64,000 bases of DNA from an uncultured Chloroflexota bacterium (lineage in GTDB: Bacteria > Chloroflexota > Anaerolineae > UBA4142 > SHND01), in the NCBI GenBank assembly GCA_937870825.1, contig CALMZO010000056.1:5120-69119 (forward strand), written 5' to 3'. This document shows, one piece after another, positions 18,921 through 28,677 of the stretch. The notes under the pieces were generated by a model. The model searched no databases and was not told the origin of the DNA. It worked only from the letters and a program-made list of their open reading frames with translations. Position numbers and translations under genes: made by a program. Each line of letters begins with the position of its first letter. Position 1 is the stretch's first letter.

Positions 18921-20453
18921 ATGATTTCTACACCCTCGCTCCGCACCCCTTCATCGGAAACTTTGCGCGACTCGCTGCACAAACCCTTGGGACCGAACGC
19001 CGCGCATCTTTGGCAAGCCGCGCTCGGCGAGCTGCAATTGCAAATGACCAAAGCTACGTTTGATACGTGGGTCAAACCGACGTTCGCCTTGGCGTTTGAC
19101 GCAGAACGCAGCACGCTCGTCGTCGGTGTACGCAACGCGTACGCCAAGCAATGGCTCGAAAATCGGTTGTATGGTATGATTGAACGCACGCTCAATCATG
19201 TGTTGGGGCATCCTTCGGAAATTCGTTTCGTATTAAAAACACGCGACGATGTGGAAGAAACGCCAAACCAAAATTCCACCCCCGAACCGACGCGTGAAAC
19301 GCAAAACGGCGCGCTCACGTTTTCTTCCCCGGAGAACGCGCCCCAACCGCGCATGAACGAACAAGTCAAAACCCCGATGCTGACGTCGCAAGCGCGCAGC
19401 GCGTCGTCGCAATATACACCTTCGCGCGGACAAGGTTCAACGCTCAATCCAAAATATACGTTCGACGCGTACATCGTCGGCAATTCCAATCGGCTCGCGC
19501 ACGCGGCGTGTGTGGCAGTGGCGGAACGTCCGGCGGAAGCGTACAATCCCCTATTCATTTACGGCGGCACGGGTTTGGGCAAAACACATCTTTTGCACGC
19601 GCTCGGTTGGATTCCGCAACTGCGCGGCAAGCAAGTGGTGTACGTTTCTTCGGAAACCTTCACAAACGAACTCATCAATTCCATTCGCACGCAGACCGCC
19701 GAAGAATTTCGCCGCGCCTATCGCGAAGTGGATGTGTTGTTGATTGACGACATTCAATTCATCGCGGGCAAAGAGACGACGCAAGAAGAATTTTTTCACA
19801 CCTTCAATTCGCTGCACGGACTCAACAAACAAATCGTGATTTCGGCAGACCGCCACCCGCGCGCGATTTCGACATTGGAAGAACGCTTGCGCTCGCGGTT
19901 CGAAGGCGGACTCATCGCGGACATTCAGCCGCCGGATTTTGAAACGCGTTCCGCGATTTTGCGGTACAAAGCCGAAGCGCAGCCGATGCTTGTGCCGGGC
20001 GACGTGATTGATTTTCTTTCGCGGAAAATTCAGTCCAACATCCGCGAATTGAACGGCGCGTTGACCCGCGTCGTCGCGTACGCCCAATTGATGCAAGCGC
20101 CGTTGACGGTGGACTTGGCGCAAACGGTTTTACAAGATGTGTTGCAGCAAACGCCGTTGAGTACGGAACAGGTGGTGAACGCGGTGTGCGAATACTATCG
20201 CATCAGCGCGGAAGATTTAAAGGGCAGGGGGCGGAACAAAGAAGTCGTGACGCCGCGCCAAATGGCAATGTATCTCTTGCGGGAAGCCACCGGAGCATCG
20301 CTTCCGCAAATCGGCGATGTGTTGGGCGGACGGGACCACACGACAGTCATGTATTCGGTGGAAAAAATCGCCCAAGAAATCGAGCAGGATGACCAGCGGC
20401 GGAGAGAGATGCTGGCAATAAAAGAACGGCTGTATAACGGACAACGCGCGTGA
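18921..20453 (+). CDS. dnaA: Chromosomal replication initiator DnaA (start uncertain)
   Basis: LNPKYTFD, YNPLFIYGGTGLGKTHL, IDDIQF, LRSRFEGG, GGRDHTTV. Confidence 0.98.
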   Translation: MISTPSLRTPSSETLRDSLHKPLGPNAAHLWQAALGELQLQMTKATFDTWVKPTFALAFDAERSTLVVGVRNAYAKQWLENRLYGMIERTLNHVLGHPSEIRFVLKTRDDVEETPNQNSTPEPTRETQNGALTFSSPENAPQPRMNEQVKTPMLTSQARSASSQYTPSRGQGSTLNPKYTFDAYIVGNSNRLAHAACVAVAERPAEAYNPLFIYGGTGLGKTHLLHALGWIPQLRGKQVVYVSSETFTNELINSIRTQTAEEFRRAYREVDVLLIDDIQFIAGKETTQEEFFHTFNSLHGLNKQIVISADRHPRAISTLEERLRSRFEGGLIADIQPPDFETRSAILRYKAEAQPMLVPGDVIDFLSRKIQSNIRELNGALTRVVAYAQLMQAPLTVDLAQTVLQDVLQQTPLSTEQVVNAVCEYYRISAEDLKGRGRNKEVVTPRQMAMYLLREATGASLPQIGDVLGGRDHTTVMYSVEKIAQEIEQDDQRRREMLAIKERLYNGQRA

Positions 20454-20479
20454 GTTTTGGCTCAGACTCAACTCGCACC

Positions 20480-20510
20480 AAAAAGGACGGTAGCATGACC
20501 GTCCTTTTTT
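20480..20510 (+). terminator. Intrinsic terminator after dnaA
   Basis: AAAAAGGACGGT / ACCGTCCTTTTTT. Confidence 0.8.
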
Positions 20511-20525
20511 AATCGAGACCGACCA

Positions 20526-21026
20526 ATGGATTTCGCAGATGCCGTGCGGTTTCCACCAGCAAGAATCCTGCTAATCACTATCCTAGCAGGTATCCTGTTT
20601 TCTGGTTGCGATGCAAATTCTGCCAAAAGTCAACGAACCCGTTATGACGACCTTGTGCTTCAGCTCGATATCAACCGCAGTCGAGTTCAGATTGGAGAGT
20701 CAATCCTTATTCGATTCACAGTGAAGAATGTGGCGAATGAACCTATCAAGATCGAGAGCAAAGAGAGCCCAGTGCTTGATGTACAGGTAGTAGTTGGAGG
20801 AAGCGACGAGGTGCTTTACTCTTGGGCTGCCGAAAATCCTGAGCAGGCGTTTAAACAACTAGAGTGGACACCCGGAGAAACAAAGACAATCGAAACTGTC
20901 TGGGTACCGAGAGAAGAAGAGTTTTACAGCGGAAGGGTAGTTTTTGTTAGCGGTTTTTTGAGCGAAAATTCAAAAGTCGTCCAAAGTGTAGGAATACTTA
21001 CCTGTATGGGTGGATGTGATCGCTAG
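20526..21026 (+). CDS. Putative lipoprotein with an Ig-like (BsuPI-like) domain; atypical composition
   Basis: Lipobox LFSGC; GE...FTVKN, YSW, PGETK..W; low CGCG content, many GAG/CTA/AGA codons. Confidence 0.6.
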   Translation: MDFADAVRFPPARILLITILAGILFSGCDANSAKSQRTRYDDLVLQLDINRSRVQIGESILIRFTVKNVANEPIKIESKESPVLDVQVVVGGSDEVLYSWAAENPEQAFKQLEWTPGETKTIETVWVPREEEFYSGRVVFVSGFLSENSKVVQSVGILTCMGGCDR

Positions 21027-21067
21027 AGAATACAACGTATTTTCGCGCACCACGTTGTTGTCCGAAT

Positions 21068-21560
21068 TTTGGATAAAAATTTAGACCTTCAATTAACCAA
21101 ACTTGAAGGTCTTTATATTATGACAACTAAACTGTGGAAAAACCCCCCTATTCTGTGGATAACCTAACGTTTATGGGGATAACCTCGCCTATCCGCTATC
21201 TAGTAGCACGACATATTGGGTACGGAAAAAGGTTCATGCCCTATTCCTTGTACGAACAAAAGATAGTTATTTTTCGCGTTTTTGGTTTGGAAAGTTTTCC
21301 ATATTATTCGTGTCCACATTCGCCGTTGTACCACAGCCGCGCGTGGAAAACTCGCCGCCTTGCCCGTTCTTGTCATCTTTTCTTGCACATCTTGTCGCGG
21401 GCGCAAATTCGACAGCATCCCCTATCTCGCTGGCGGACACGCGTTCTACGCGACGGCTCGCGTAATTTTTCCAAAAATCGCTACCTCCTGTCCCGCGTCC
21501 ACTTGTCAACAGCCCCTACTACTAATACTAATGATATTGATAAATAAAATAAAGAGAGAG
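21068..21560. promoter_or_regulatory. oriC part 2: DnaA boxes, DnaA-trios and AT-rich unwinding element
   Basis: TGTGGAAAA 21133, TGTGGATAA 21154, TGGGGATAA 21174; TTGTCAACA-GCCCC-TACTACTAATACTAAT-AT-rich at 21503-21553. Confidence 0.85.
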
Positions 21561-21595
21561 ATTGTACTCTTTCCCCTTTTCAACAAAATCTCTAC

Positions 21596-21677
21596 TTCCC
21601 TTATTTCCTTAGTTTCCTCTTGCACGCAAACGGTTTGTTGTTGAGGTCGAAAGGAAACCAAGGAAATAAAAGAAATC
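21596..21677. repeat. Inverted nonamer arrays
   Basis: TTCCCTTAT TTCCTTAGT TTCCTCTTG ... AAGGAAACC AAGGAAATA AAAGAAATC. Confidence 0.75.
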
Positions 21678-23061
21678 ATTTCACCCACGCCGCGACGCGT
21701 TCCGCGCTATAGTTATATTGAATGCTGATATTGTCCGTGATGTTTTTCAGCACCTGGCGTTCGTTCGTACCATCCGCGTTGATGGCAAAGAATTCCCATT
21801 TTCCGTTGCGATTCGAAAGAAACAAAATTTCTTGTCCATCGGGCGAAAACGTCGGCGACACATTGTCAAAGTGTGTGAACGAAAGCGGGTCGTTGCGTGT
21901 AAGCAACGTCGGATGCGTACCATCCCACACTGCGACAACAATTTGCCACGAGGGCGGCTGCTTGACCATGTACGTCAAACGCGCGCCGTCGGCGGACATG
22001 CTCGGAACGTTGATGGACAAATCATTGTCAATGACGCGCGCGACGGCATCGTCGTCCAATGTCGTCAACATCAAACCGAGTTCCGGACTCATGAACGCGA
22101 TTTCGCCCAGCACGCGATTTACACTCGGCACTGTGCCGCCGGTGGTGGGTGTGTTGACAGTGTGAATGCTATCATCGTTCAAATCGTACTCGAACAAACC
22201 CCACCGCGTCACATCATCCACTTGAAAGCAACGTCCAAAGAAACAAATCGGTTTGCCTTCAATCACGCGCGTCATGCTCGAATAGACAATTTTATTTTCA
22301 CTCGCCCATGACGGCGAACGCACTTGCGTTCCGCCAAAAAGATTGCGTTCTCCCGAACCGTCCGCGTTAATCACATACAATCCCGGAACCGGACCTTGCC
22401 GCACAAACGCGATTTTGGAACCATCGGACGAAAACGCGGGGTCAAGCCCGAACGTCACGCGCTGCAAATTCGAGCCGTCCGCGTGCATCGTAAAAATGTT
22501 TCCGCCGGACGATTCTTGAAAAACAATTTTTCCGCTTCCGTTCAATTTGCCAACAGGCACGCGCGTCTCGAATGGATTCGGCAAAGGCGTTGCGGTGGGC
22601 GCGATGAAAACGGTTGTAGTCACTCCTTCGCCCGTGACGTTGAGACGATATTCGATGGAATTCTGCGATTTGTTTTCGACGACGATGTAATACGTTCCCG
22701 CCGCTCGAAAACGTCCTTCCCACACCCGGTCGTGTACAGGCGTCGAACTGCTCACGCCAAGCGCCTGCAATTTTTCACCATTGAACCATTTTGTAATCGC
22801 TTCCGGTGTGTACACGGAAAATTGAATTCCGCCCTGCCCATTCGCGTCCAGCGCAATCGTGATGGTTTTGTTGCTGCCGCTTTCGTCAAACTTGTACCAC
22901 GTTTTTGATTCGGGCATTGCCGTCATGGACGCGCCGGTGGGAATCAACGCGTCGCCGACGCCCGTGCCGCCTGCTGCGGCACTATTGCCTGCCAACACAA
23001 ATCCGGTCACAAGCAATACACTCAACACAATGCCGAATCCGACAAATTTCTTTTGTTTCAT
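21676..23061 (-). CDS. Secreted TolB-like (PD40 beta-propeller) protein
   Basis: Signal peptide; PAFSSDGSKIAF, PTFSPDGQEILFLSNRNG. Confidence 0.8.
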   Translation of the reverse strand: MKQKKFVGFGIVLSVLLVTGFVLAGNSAAAGGTGVGDALIPTGASMTAMPESKTWYKFDESGSNKTITIALDANGQGGIQFSVYTPEAITKWFNGEKLQALGVSSSTPVHDRVWEGRFRAAGTYYIVVENKSQNSIEYRLNVTGEGVTTTVFIAPTATPLPNPFETRVPVGKLNGSGKIVFQESSGGNIFTMHADGSNLQRVTFGLDPAFSSDGSKIAFVRQGPVPGLYVINADGSGERNLFGGTQVRSPSWASENKIVYSSMTRVIEGKPICFFGRCFQVDDVTRWGLFEYDLNDDSIHTVNTPTTGGTVPSVNRVLGEIAFMSPELGLMLTTLDDDAVARVIDNDLSINVPSMSADGARLTYMVKQPPSWQIVVAVWDGTHPTLLTRNDPLSFTHFDNVSPTFSPDGQEILFLSNRNGKWEFFAINADGTNERQVLKNITDNISIQYNYSAERVAAWVK

Positions 23062-23209
23062 CGTTTCCTCAATTCAATAAACTGAACGCCCCTGACAGAT
23101 ACGCACCACAAAGCGTTTTGGTTCCAACTCGACAATTCTAAAACAGGCACTCATTTTTGCAATTTCGCGTCGGTATGCCGAATTGAAAATTCCCTGCGCG
23201 CGAACGCGC

Positions 23210-24655
23210 TCACGGCAGTGCGGCATCTGCCGGCATTCCCGGTTTCAATTGCAAATTCGGATTGGGAATTTGCAATTTCACCGCGAACACGGTGTTGACG
23301 CGTTCCGCTTTGCTCTGCACATTGCGCGGCGTAAACTCGGCTTGGTCGGCAATACGAATAATTTTGCCTTGAAAAATTTTGTTTGGATACGAATCCACCT
23401 GCACGCCAATTTCGCTGCCGAGTTGAATATCGCCGAGCCGCGTTTCGGGAACATAAATCGTGAGTTCCACCGGGTCCAATTGGCTGATGGTCAAAAGCGC
23501 CGTTCCCATCGTCGCAAGTTCGCCGGGATGTATCGCGCGTTGTGTAATGACCCCATCGCTCGGCGCGACGATTTTTGTTTTTGCGAGTTGCGTACTCAAC
23601 ACATCGAGCGCGGCTTGCGCTTGCTTGAATTGCGCTTGCGCGACGGCGACGGTTTCTGCGGATGGTGTGAGCCGATTCAATGCCGCTTGTGCGTTGTCCA
23701 CTTGGGCTTGCGCGGCGGCGAGCTGCGCGGCGTCCGGTGTGAGCCGATTCAACGCGGCTTGCGCCTGTTCAACCTGTGCCTGCGCTGCCGCGAGTTGCGC
23801 TTCGTCCGGCGTTAAACGCGCGAGCGCGGCGCGCGCGTTATCCACTTGCGCTTGCGCGGCGGCGAGTTCGGACGCGGTGGGATGCGACAACGCGTTGTTG
23901 TACGCCGCGACGGCGGCGTTGTAATTGTTTGTCGCTTGCTGCAACTGCGCGGCTTGGGGTGTGAGCGCGATGTTGGGATTCGACGCGCCGCCGATTTTGT
24001 CGTACGCCGCTTGCGCTTGATTCAGCGCGGCTTTCGCATTGTCCACTAGCGCCTTGAGCGCGGCAAGTTCATCTGCCGTCGGACCCTTGCGAACTTTTTC
24101 GTATTGCTGCAACGCCGCGTCAAGCGCGGCTTGCGCGGCGGCGAGGTCGCTTTGTTTTGCGCCTGCGCGTAATTTTTCAAAATTTTCTTGTGCCGCGTTA
24201 AACGCGGCTTGCGCCGCCGCGAGGTCGCTCGTGTTCGCGCCTGCGCGTAATTTTTCAAAATTTTCCTGCGCCGCTTTTAATGCCGCTTGCGCGGCGGCGA
24301 CATCCGATGCGCGCGCCGGCGTTTGCGCCAAGTTCAATTGCGCTTGCGCGGTGTTGACCGCCGCTTGCGCTTGCGCGATTTGCGCGTCGAGCAGCGCGTG
24401 GTCGAGTTCGAGCAACAGCTGTCCTGCTGTAACGCGCGCCCCTTCGTCCACATGCACCGCGCTCACGCGTCCTGCCAATTCCGACGCAACGCGAAATTCT
24501 TTGCCTTCGATGAATCCCGAAACGGAATTTTCAGCTTTTGCCAGGGGCGTCATGCCGGGCAGCAGTCCATTGTTCCACAAATAATATCCGCCGCCGAGAA
24601 CCAGCAGTACGACAAGGACAGGCACAATTCGTTTTGGAATGAGGTGCATAATCAT
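23210..24655 (-). CDS. HlyD-family membrane fusion protein with an expanded helical repeat region
   Basis: VDEGARVTAGQLL, IVAPSDGVI, AEFTPRNVQ, LKPGMPAD. Confidence 0.9.
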   Translation of the reverse strand: MIMHLIPKRIVPVLVVLLVLGGGYYLWNNGLLPGMTPLAKAENSVSGFIEGKEFRVASELAGRVSAVHVDEGARVTAGQLLLELDHALLDAQIAQAQAAVNTAQAQLNLAQTPARASDVAAAQAALKAAQENFEKLRAGANTSDLAAAQAAFNAAQENFEKLRAGAKQSDLAAAQAALDAALQQYEKVRKGPTADELAALKALVDNAKAALNQAQAAYDKIGGASNPNIALTPQAAQLQQATNNYNAAVAAYNNALSHPTASELAAAQAQVDNARAALARLTPDEAQLAAAQAQVEQAQAALNRLTPDAAQLAAAQAQVDNAQAALNRLTPSAETVAVAQAQFKQAQAALDVLSTQLAKTKIVAPSDGVITQRAIHPGELATMGTALLTISQLDPVELTIYVPETRLGDIQLGSEIGVQVDSYPNKIFQGKIIRIADQAEFTPRNVQSKAERVNTVFAVKLQIPNPNLQLKPGMPADAALP

Positions 24656-25596
24656 TTTTCTCCATTCGTCGCGCGGTCCGCGCTGCGTAAACGCGCGATG
24701 AACGCGTCTTCGAGCGAAGCGACAATTTCATCCGCGCGCGTGACGCGGACATTTTTTTCTCGGAGCAAATTTTGCGCGGCGGAAATTTTTTCGCGGGCGT
24801 GTGCATCAATCAGATGCAGGGTCGAACCGTACAACGCGACTTCGTCAAATAATTTCGCGTCGCGCAAAATGCCCAGCGCGACGTCGAGCGGTTCGCATTC
24901 CATCTCAAAAACTTGCGCGTGAATTTGGTCGCGTTTGATTTCGCCCGGCGTGCCTTCGGCGACGATTCTGCCTTGATAAATGAACGCGAGCCGCTGGCAA
25001 TTTTCTGCTTCGTCCATGTAATGCGTTGTGACCAAAATACTCGTGCCGCGTTCGGCGAGTTCGTACACCAAGTCCCACAACGCGCGGCGCGCCACCGCAT
25101 CCACACCCGCCGTCGGTTCGTCGAGAAATAAAAATTCCGGTTCGTGCGATAGCGCGCACGCGAGCGCGAGCCGTTGCCGCGAACCGCCTGCCAACGCGCC
25201 GACGCGTACGCGTTCTTGTCCCGTCAAACCGACTTGTTCCAATAGCGCGCGGCGGCGTTCGGAAATGTTCGCGCGCGGCACGCCGTACACACCCGCGTAA
25301 AAATCAAAATTCTCCGCGACGGTTAAATCAGGATACAGCGCGAATTTTTGCGACACGTAGCCCGCGTGCGCGCGAATTTCTTCCGACTGTTTCACCACAT
25401 CATATCCAAGCACGGAGGCGCTGCCCGATGTTGGCGCGAGCAGTCCGAGCAAAATGCGAATCGTCGTCGTTTTCCCCGCGCCGTTCGGTCCGAGCAAACC
25501 AAAAATTTCGCCGCGCGTCATCGAAAGCGAAATGTTGTCCACCGCGACGAACGATTCGAATTGTTTGGTGAGATGTTCGATAACGAGCGTTTGCAT
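24652..25596 (-). CDS. ABC-2 type ATP-binding protein
   Basis: GPNGAGKTT, LDEPTAGVD, TTHYMDEAE. Confidence 0.92.
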   Translation of the reverse strand: MQTLVIEHLTKQFESFVAVDNISLSMTRGEIFGLLGPNGAGKTTTIRILLGLLAPTSGSASVLGYDVVKQSEEIRAHAGYVSQKFALYPDLTVAENFDFYAGVYGVPRANISERRRALLEQVGLTGQERVRVGALAGGSRQRLALACALSHEPEFLFLDEPTAGVDAVARRALWDLVYELAERGTSILVTTHYMDEAENCQRLAFIYQGRIVAEGTPGEIKRDQIHAQVFEMECEPLDVALGILRDAKLFDEVALYGSTLHLIDAHAREKISAAQNLLREKNVRVTRADEIVASLEDAFIARLRSADRATNGEK

Positions 25597-25659
25597 AATG
25601 ACGAACGACGAACCACGAACCACTAACAACTAACGACTAACGACTAACAACTAACGACT
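25597..25659. repeat. Graded heptamer array, 9 units
   Basis: AATGACG AACGACG AACCACG AACCACT AACAACT AACGACT AACGACT AACAACT AACGACT; spans the whole stop-to-start gap. Confidence 0.88.
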
Positions 25660-26556
25660 CATCGCCAGAACAAACACATCTTCCAGACGCGCGCCGACTG
25701 GGCGCAAATTTTGTACGACAATGTTTTGTGTGTGCCAGACGTTTTGGATGGAATCTATGCGCGCGGCATCATCCACAATCAAACGAATCACATCGCCGTA
25801 GGTGTTGAGGTTCAAAATCCCCGCGTGTTTTTGCAATGCGCGTTCCGCGCGGCGCGCGTGCGCGGAATGTCCTTCGTACACGAACGCGGCTAGATTCGCG
25901 CGCAATTGATTCGGCGCGTCGTTCGCAATCAGTTTGCCGCGATGCATCAACGCGACGCGTGTGCAGCGTTCCGCTTCGTCAAGATACGGCGTGCTGATGA
26001 CGATGGTCACCCCGTCGAGATGGAGCTGCGCCAACAAATCCCAAAACTCGCGGCGGCTCACGGGGTCAACTCCCGTCGTCGGCTCGTCGAGCAATAGCAC
26101 GCGCGGGCGGTGCATCAGTGTCGCGGCGAGGGCAAGTTTTTTTTGCATGCCGCCCGAAAGATTTTTGGCGTAACGCGTTTTGAAATTTTCCAAGCGCGCA
26201 AAACCGAGCAGTTTTTCAATCAACGCGGCGCGTTCGGCTTGCGGCGAACCGAAAATATCGGCGAAAAAATTGAGGTTTTCGACGACGGTCAAATCGGGAT
26301 AGAGCGCGAAACGCTGCGGCATGTAGCCGAGTATTTTTTTGATGTCCTCTGCATTCTGCGCCACATCGCGTCCGTCCACCGACACGCGCCCGCGCGTCGG
26401 CATCATCGCCGTCGAAATCACGCGCAGCGTCGTCGTTTTCCCCGCGCCGTCGGGACCAATGAGTCCAAAAATTTCGCCCGCGCGCACGTTGAACGAAACA
26501 TCGTTGACCGCGATGGTTTCGGCAAATTGTTTGGTGAGGTGGTCTAGCGTAATCAT
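25651..26556 (-). CDS. ABC-2 type ATP-binding protein
   Basis: GPDGAGKTT, LSGGMQKKL, LDEPTTGVDP. Confidence 0.92.
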   Translation of the reverse strand: MITLDHLTKQFAETIAVNDVSFNVRAGEIFGLIGPDGAGKTTTLRVISTAMMPTRGRVSVDGRDVAQNAEDIKKILGYMPQRFALYPDLTVVENLNFFADIFGSPQAERAALIEKLLGFARLENFKTRYAKNLSGGMQKKLALAATLMHRPRVLLLDEPTTGVDPVSRREFWDLLAQLHLDGVTIVISTPYLDEAERCTRVALMHRGKLIANDAPNQLRANLAAFVYEGHSAHARRAERALQKHAGILNLNTYGDVIRLIVDDAARIDSIQNVWHTQNIVVQNLRPVGARLEDVFVLAMSR

Positions 26557-26562
26557 GGGTTC

Positions 26563-26664
26563 GTGCAATAGTGCGTTGGTGCAATAGTGCGATAGTAAAA
26601 AACGATTCAATGGATGGGCGATAGACTATCGCGCTACCGAACTATCGCACTATCTCACTATTCC
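26563..26664. repeat. Inverted octamer arrays
   Basis: GTGCAATA GTGCGTTG GTGCAATA GTGCGATA ... ACTATCGC GCTACCGA ACTATCGC ACTATCTC ACTATTCC; contains the stop at 26658. Confidence 0.8.
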
Positions 26665-27779
26665 AGACTCTTGCGGAACCGCAGCGACGCGCCGAGCAAG
26701 ATGAGGAATCCGAAAATGGCAAGCGCGAGGACGGGGGAAAAAATCGCTTCGAGTCCGACGCCTTTCAACACAATGCCGCGCAAAATAATCAACATGTAAC
26801 GCAATGGAATCAAGTACGAAAGAAATTGCAGCGGCGGCGGCATCGCTTCCAGCGGAAAGAAAAATCCGGAAAGAAAAATGCCGGGCAAATTTATCATGAA
26901 CGTAATCAACATCGCTTCTTGTTGACTCTTGGCGATGGTGGAAACAAAAATGCCGAGTCCAAGTGTTGTGAGCAAAAAGAGAAACGAGGTAACGACGAGC
27001 AGCAGCAAACTGCCGCGAATCGGCACGCCAAAGAGAATCACGCCGAGAATCAAAATTTCCGCGAGATTGAAAAACGCGATGCCGATATACGGAATGAGTT
27101 TGCCGACAATCAATTCCCACGAACGCAGCGGCGTGACAACGAGTTGCTCAATCGTCCCTTGTTCGCGTTCGCGCACAATTGTTTGCGCGGTGAACAGTAT
27201 GGTGATGAATTGCAAAATCAAACCGATGAGCGCGGGAATCATGTAATAGGACGATTTCATTTCGGGGTTGTACCACACGCGCGGACGAATTTCGATGCCG
27301 CCGAGATTCGTCACCTCCACGCCAAGTTTCCTTTGAATAATTTGCGTACTCTGCGCTTGCCCCACCGCTTGTGCTGCCGCGTTCGCCGTTCCCGCCACGG
27401 CAGGGTCGGAACCGTCCAACAAAAACGCGACTTGTGCCATCTCGCCGCGCGCGAGTTGTTCCGCGTATCCTTTTGGAATAATCATCGCGGCGCGCACATC
27501 GCCGCGGTCCAATAATTCACCCAACGCCTGTTCACTCGACACAAAATAATTCAGCGCGAAATAATCGGACGCGCGGTACGCTTCGATGAGCGCGCGCGAT
27601 TGCGCCGAACGGTCGGCGTCGTACACGGCGGTATTGAGATGACGAATGTCGGTGGTCGCCGCGAAACCGAGCAGCACAAGCTGCACAATCGGAATCAAGA
27701 ACATGACGCCGAGTGTGCGCGGGTCGCGGAGGATGTGAATAAATTCTTTGCGGGTGATGGCGAAGAGACGCGAGTTCAT
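26658..27779 (-). CDS. ABC-2 permease, YbhS/YbhR-like
   Basis: KEFIHILRD, VWYNP, REREQGTIEQL, LSGFFFP. Confidence 0.92.
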   Translation of the reverse strand: MNSRLFAITRKEFIHILRDPRTLGVMFLIPIVQLVLLGFAATTDIRHLNTAVYDADRSAQSRALIEAYRASDYFALNYFVSSEQALGELLDRGDVRAAMIIPKGYAEQLARGEMAQVAFLLDGSDPAVAGTANAAAQAVGQAQSTQIIQRKLGVEVTNLGGIEIRPRVWYNPEMKSSYYMIPALIGLILQFITILFTAQTIVREREQGTIEQLVVTPLRSWELIVGKLIPYIGIAFFNLAEILILGVILFGVPIRGSLLLLVVTSFLFLLTTLGLGIFVSTIAKSQQEAMLITFMINLPGIFLSGFFFPLEAMPPPLQFLSYLIPLRYMLIILRGIVLKGVGLEAIFSPVLALAIFGFLILLGASLRFRKSLE

Positions 27780-27781
27780 GG

Positions 27782-27851
27782 GTGGAGATTGGAGATTGGA
27801 GATTGGAAGTTGGAAATTGGAAATTGGAAATTGGAAGTTGGAAGTTGGAAA
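27782..27851. repeat. Heptamer array TTGGARR x10
   Basis: TTGGAGA/TTGGAAG/TTGGAAA units directly upstream of the permease start. Confidence 0.92.
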
Positions 27852-27878
27852 GCGTTCTCGAGCCGACTATTTGGAAAG

Positions 27879-28616
27879 TCATTCGATTTCGATACTTTGT
27901 TTGCACGCGGTGTGACGCGGTTTTGTTTTGGGTTTCGATACAGTTTCCGTTTTGGCGGTTGTTGTTACGGATGATTTTGCTGATGTGTCGTTCATCAGCC
28001 CGCGCAAGTAAATTTCCAGCACATTCGGAATAATCGCGTCGTATTCAAAACGCGGCATGTCGCGCGGCTGCAAAACTTCCTGAACGAGCAAAAAAAATAA
28101 CATCATGCCGGGCAGCGCGCGCGCGGCAATCGCGGCATCCACATCCGCGCGAAAAATTCCGGCGGCTTGCTGCGCGCGAATATAGCTCTCGAGCATCTCC
28201 ATTGCGTACAGCGGACCTTCGCGCATGTACGTCGCGCGGGTCTCTTCATCCATCGTCGGCAGCGAGGTAAAGAGGACGCGCACAATTTCCCGATTGTGCA
28301 TCACCGTGTCCACAATGTTCTGCACGATGAATTGCAAGAGTGTTGCAGGGGAGGGCGCGTCGGCTTTTGTGCTCGCGGCGCGCACTTTGTCCACCGGCGG
28401 CTGAATAAATTGACGCGGGAGATGAACGAGCAAGTCCTGTTTGTTTTTGAAATAGAGATAGATGGAACCTTCAGAAATGCCGGCGGCGCGCGCGATGTCG
28501 CGAATGGTCGCGCCGGCGAACCCTTTTTCGGCAAAGACTTGCGCGGCGGCTTGAAGAATCTGCTGTTGGCGTTTTTGCGCCAAGGCGCGGCGGGCGTGGA
28601 GAGTGAGACGCGGCAT
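27879..28616 (-). CDS. TetR family transcriptional regulator
   Basis: ILQAAAQVFAEKGFAGATIRDIARAAGISEGSIYLYFKNK. Confidence 0.92.
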   Translation of the reverse strand: MPRLTLHARRALAQKRQQQILQAAAQVFAEKGFAGATIRDIARAAGISEGSIYLYFKNKQDLLVHLPRQFIQPPVDKVRAASTKADAPSPATLLQFIVQNIVDTVMHNREIVRVLFTSLPTMDEETRATYMREGPLYAMEMLESYIRAQQAAGIFRADVDAAIAARALPGMMLFFLLVQEVLQPRDMPRFEYDAIIPNVLEIYLRGLMNDTSAKSSVTTTAKTETVSKPKTKPRHTACKQSIEIE

Positions 28617-28671
28617 AGAATAATGAATGAACGTTCATTCATTATTCTATGCCAAAAAAGCTGCTTGTCAA
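28612..28671 (-). promoter_or_regulatory. Promoter overlapped by a perfect 42 bp palindrome (probable TetR operator)
   Basis: GGCATAGAATAATGAATGAAC|GTTCATTCATTATTCTATGCC; TTGACA-16 nt-TAGAAT on the minus strand. Confidence 0.8.
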
Positions 28672-28677
28672 CCTGTC

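Noticed and set aside
19240-19440. Long low-complexity segment in DnaA as a possible intein
   Set aside because: It matches the variable domain II linker and has no intein splice motifs
21134-21688. ORFs 21134-21547, 21282-21644 and overlapping minus-strand ORFs
   Set aside because: They overlap DnaA boxes and the DUE and show no recognisable motifs
25597-27851. Tandem arrays as possible CRISPR arrays
   Set aside because: Units are 7-9 nt with no unique spacers, and there are no cas genes
27532-28033. Short ORFs reading SNFQLPISNFQ or EIGNWKLE
   Set aside because: These are translations of the intergenic heptamer array with no evidence of being genes
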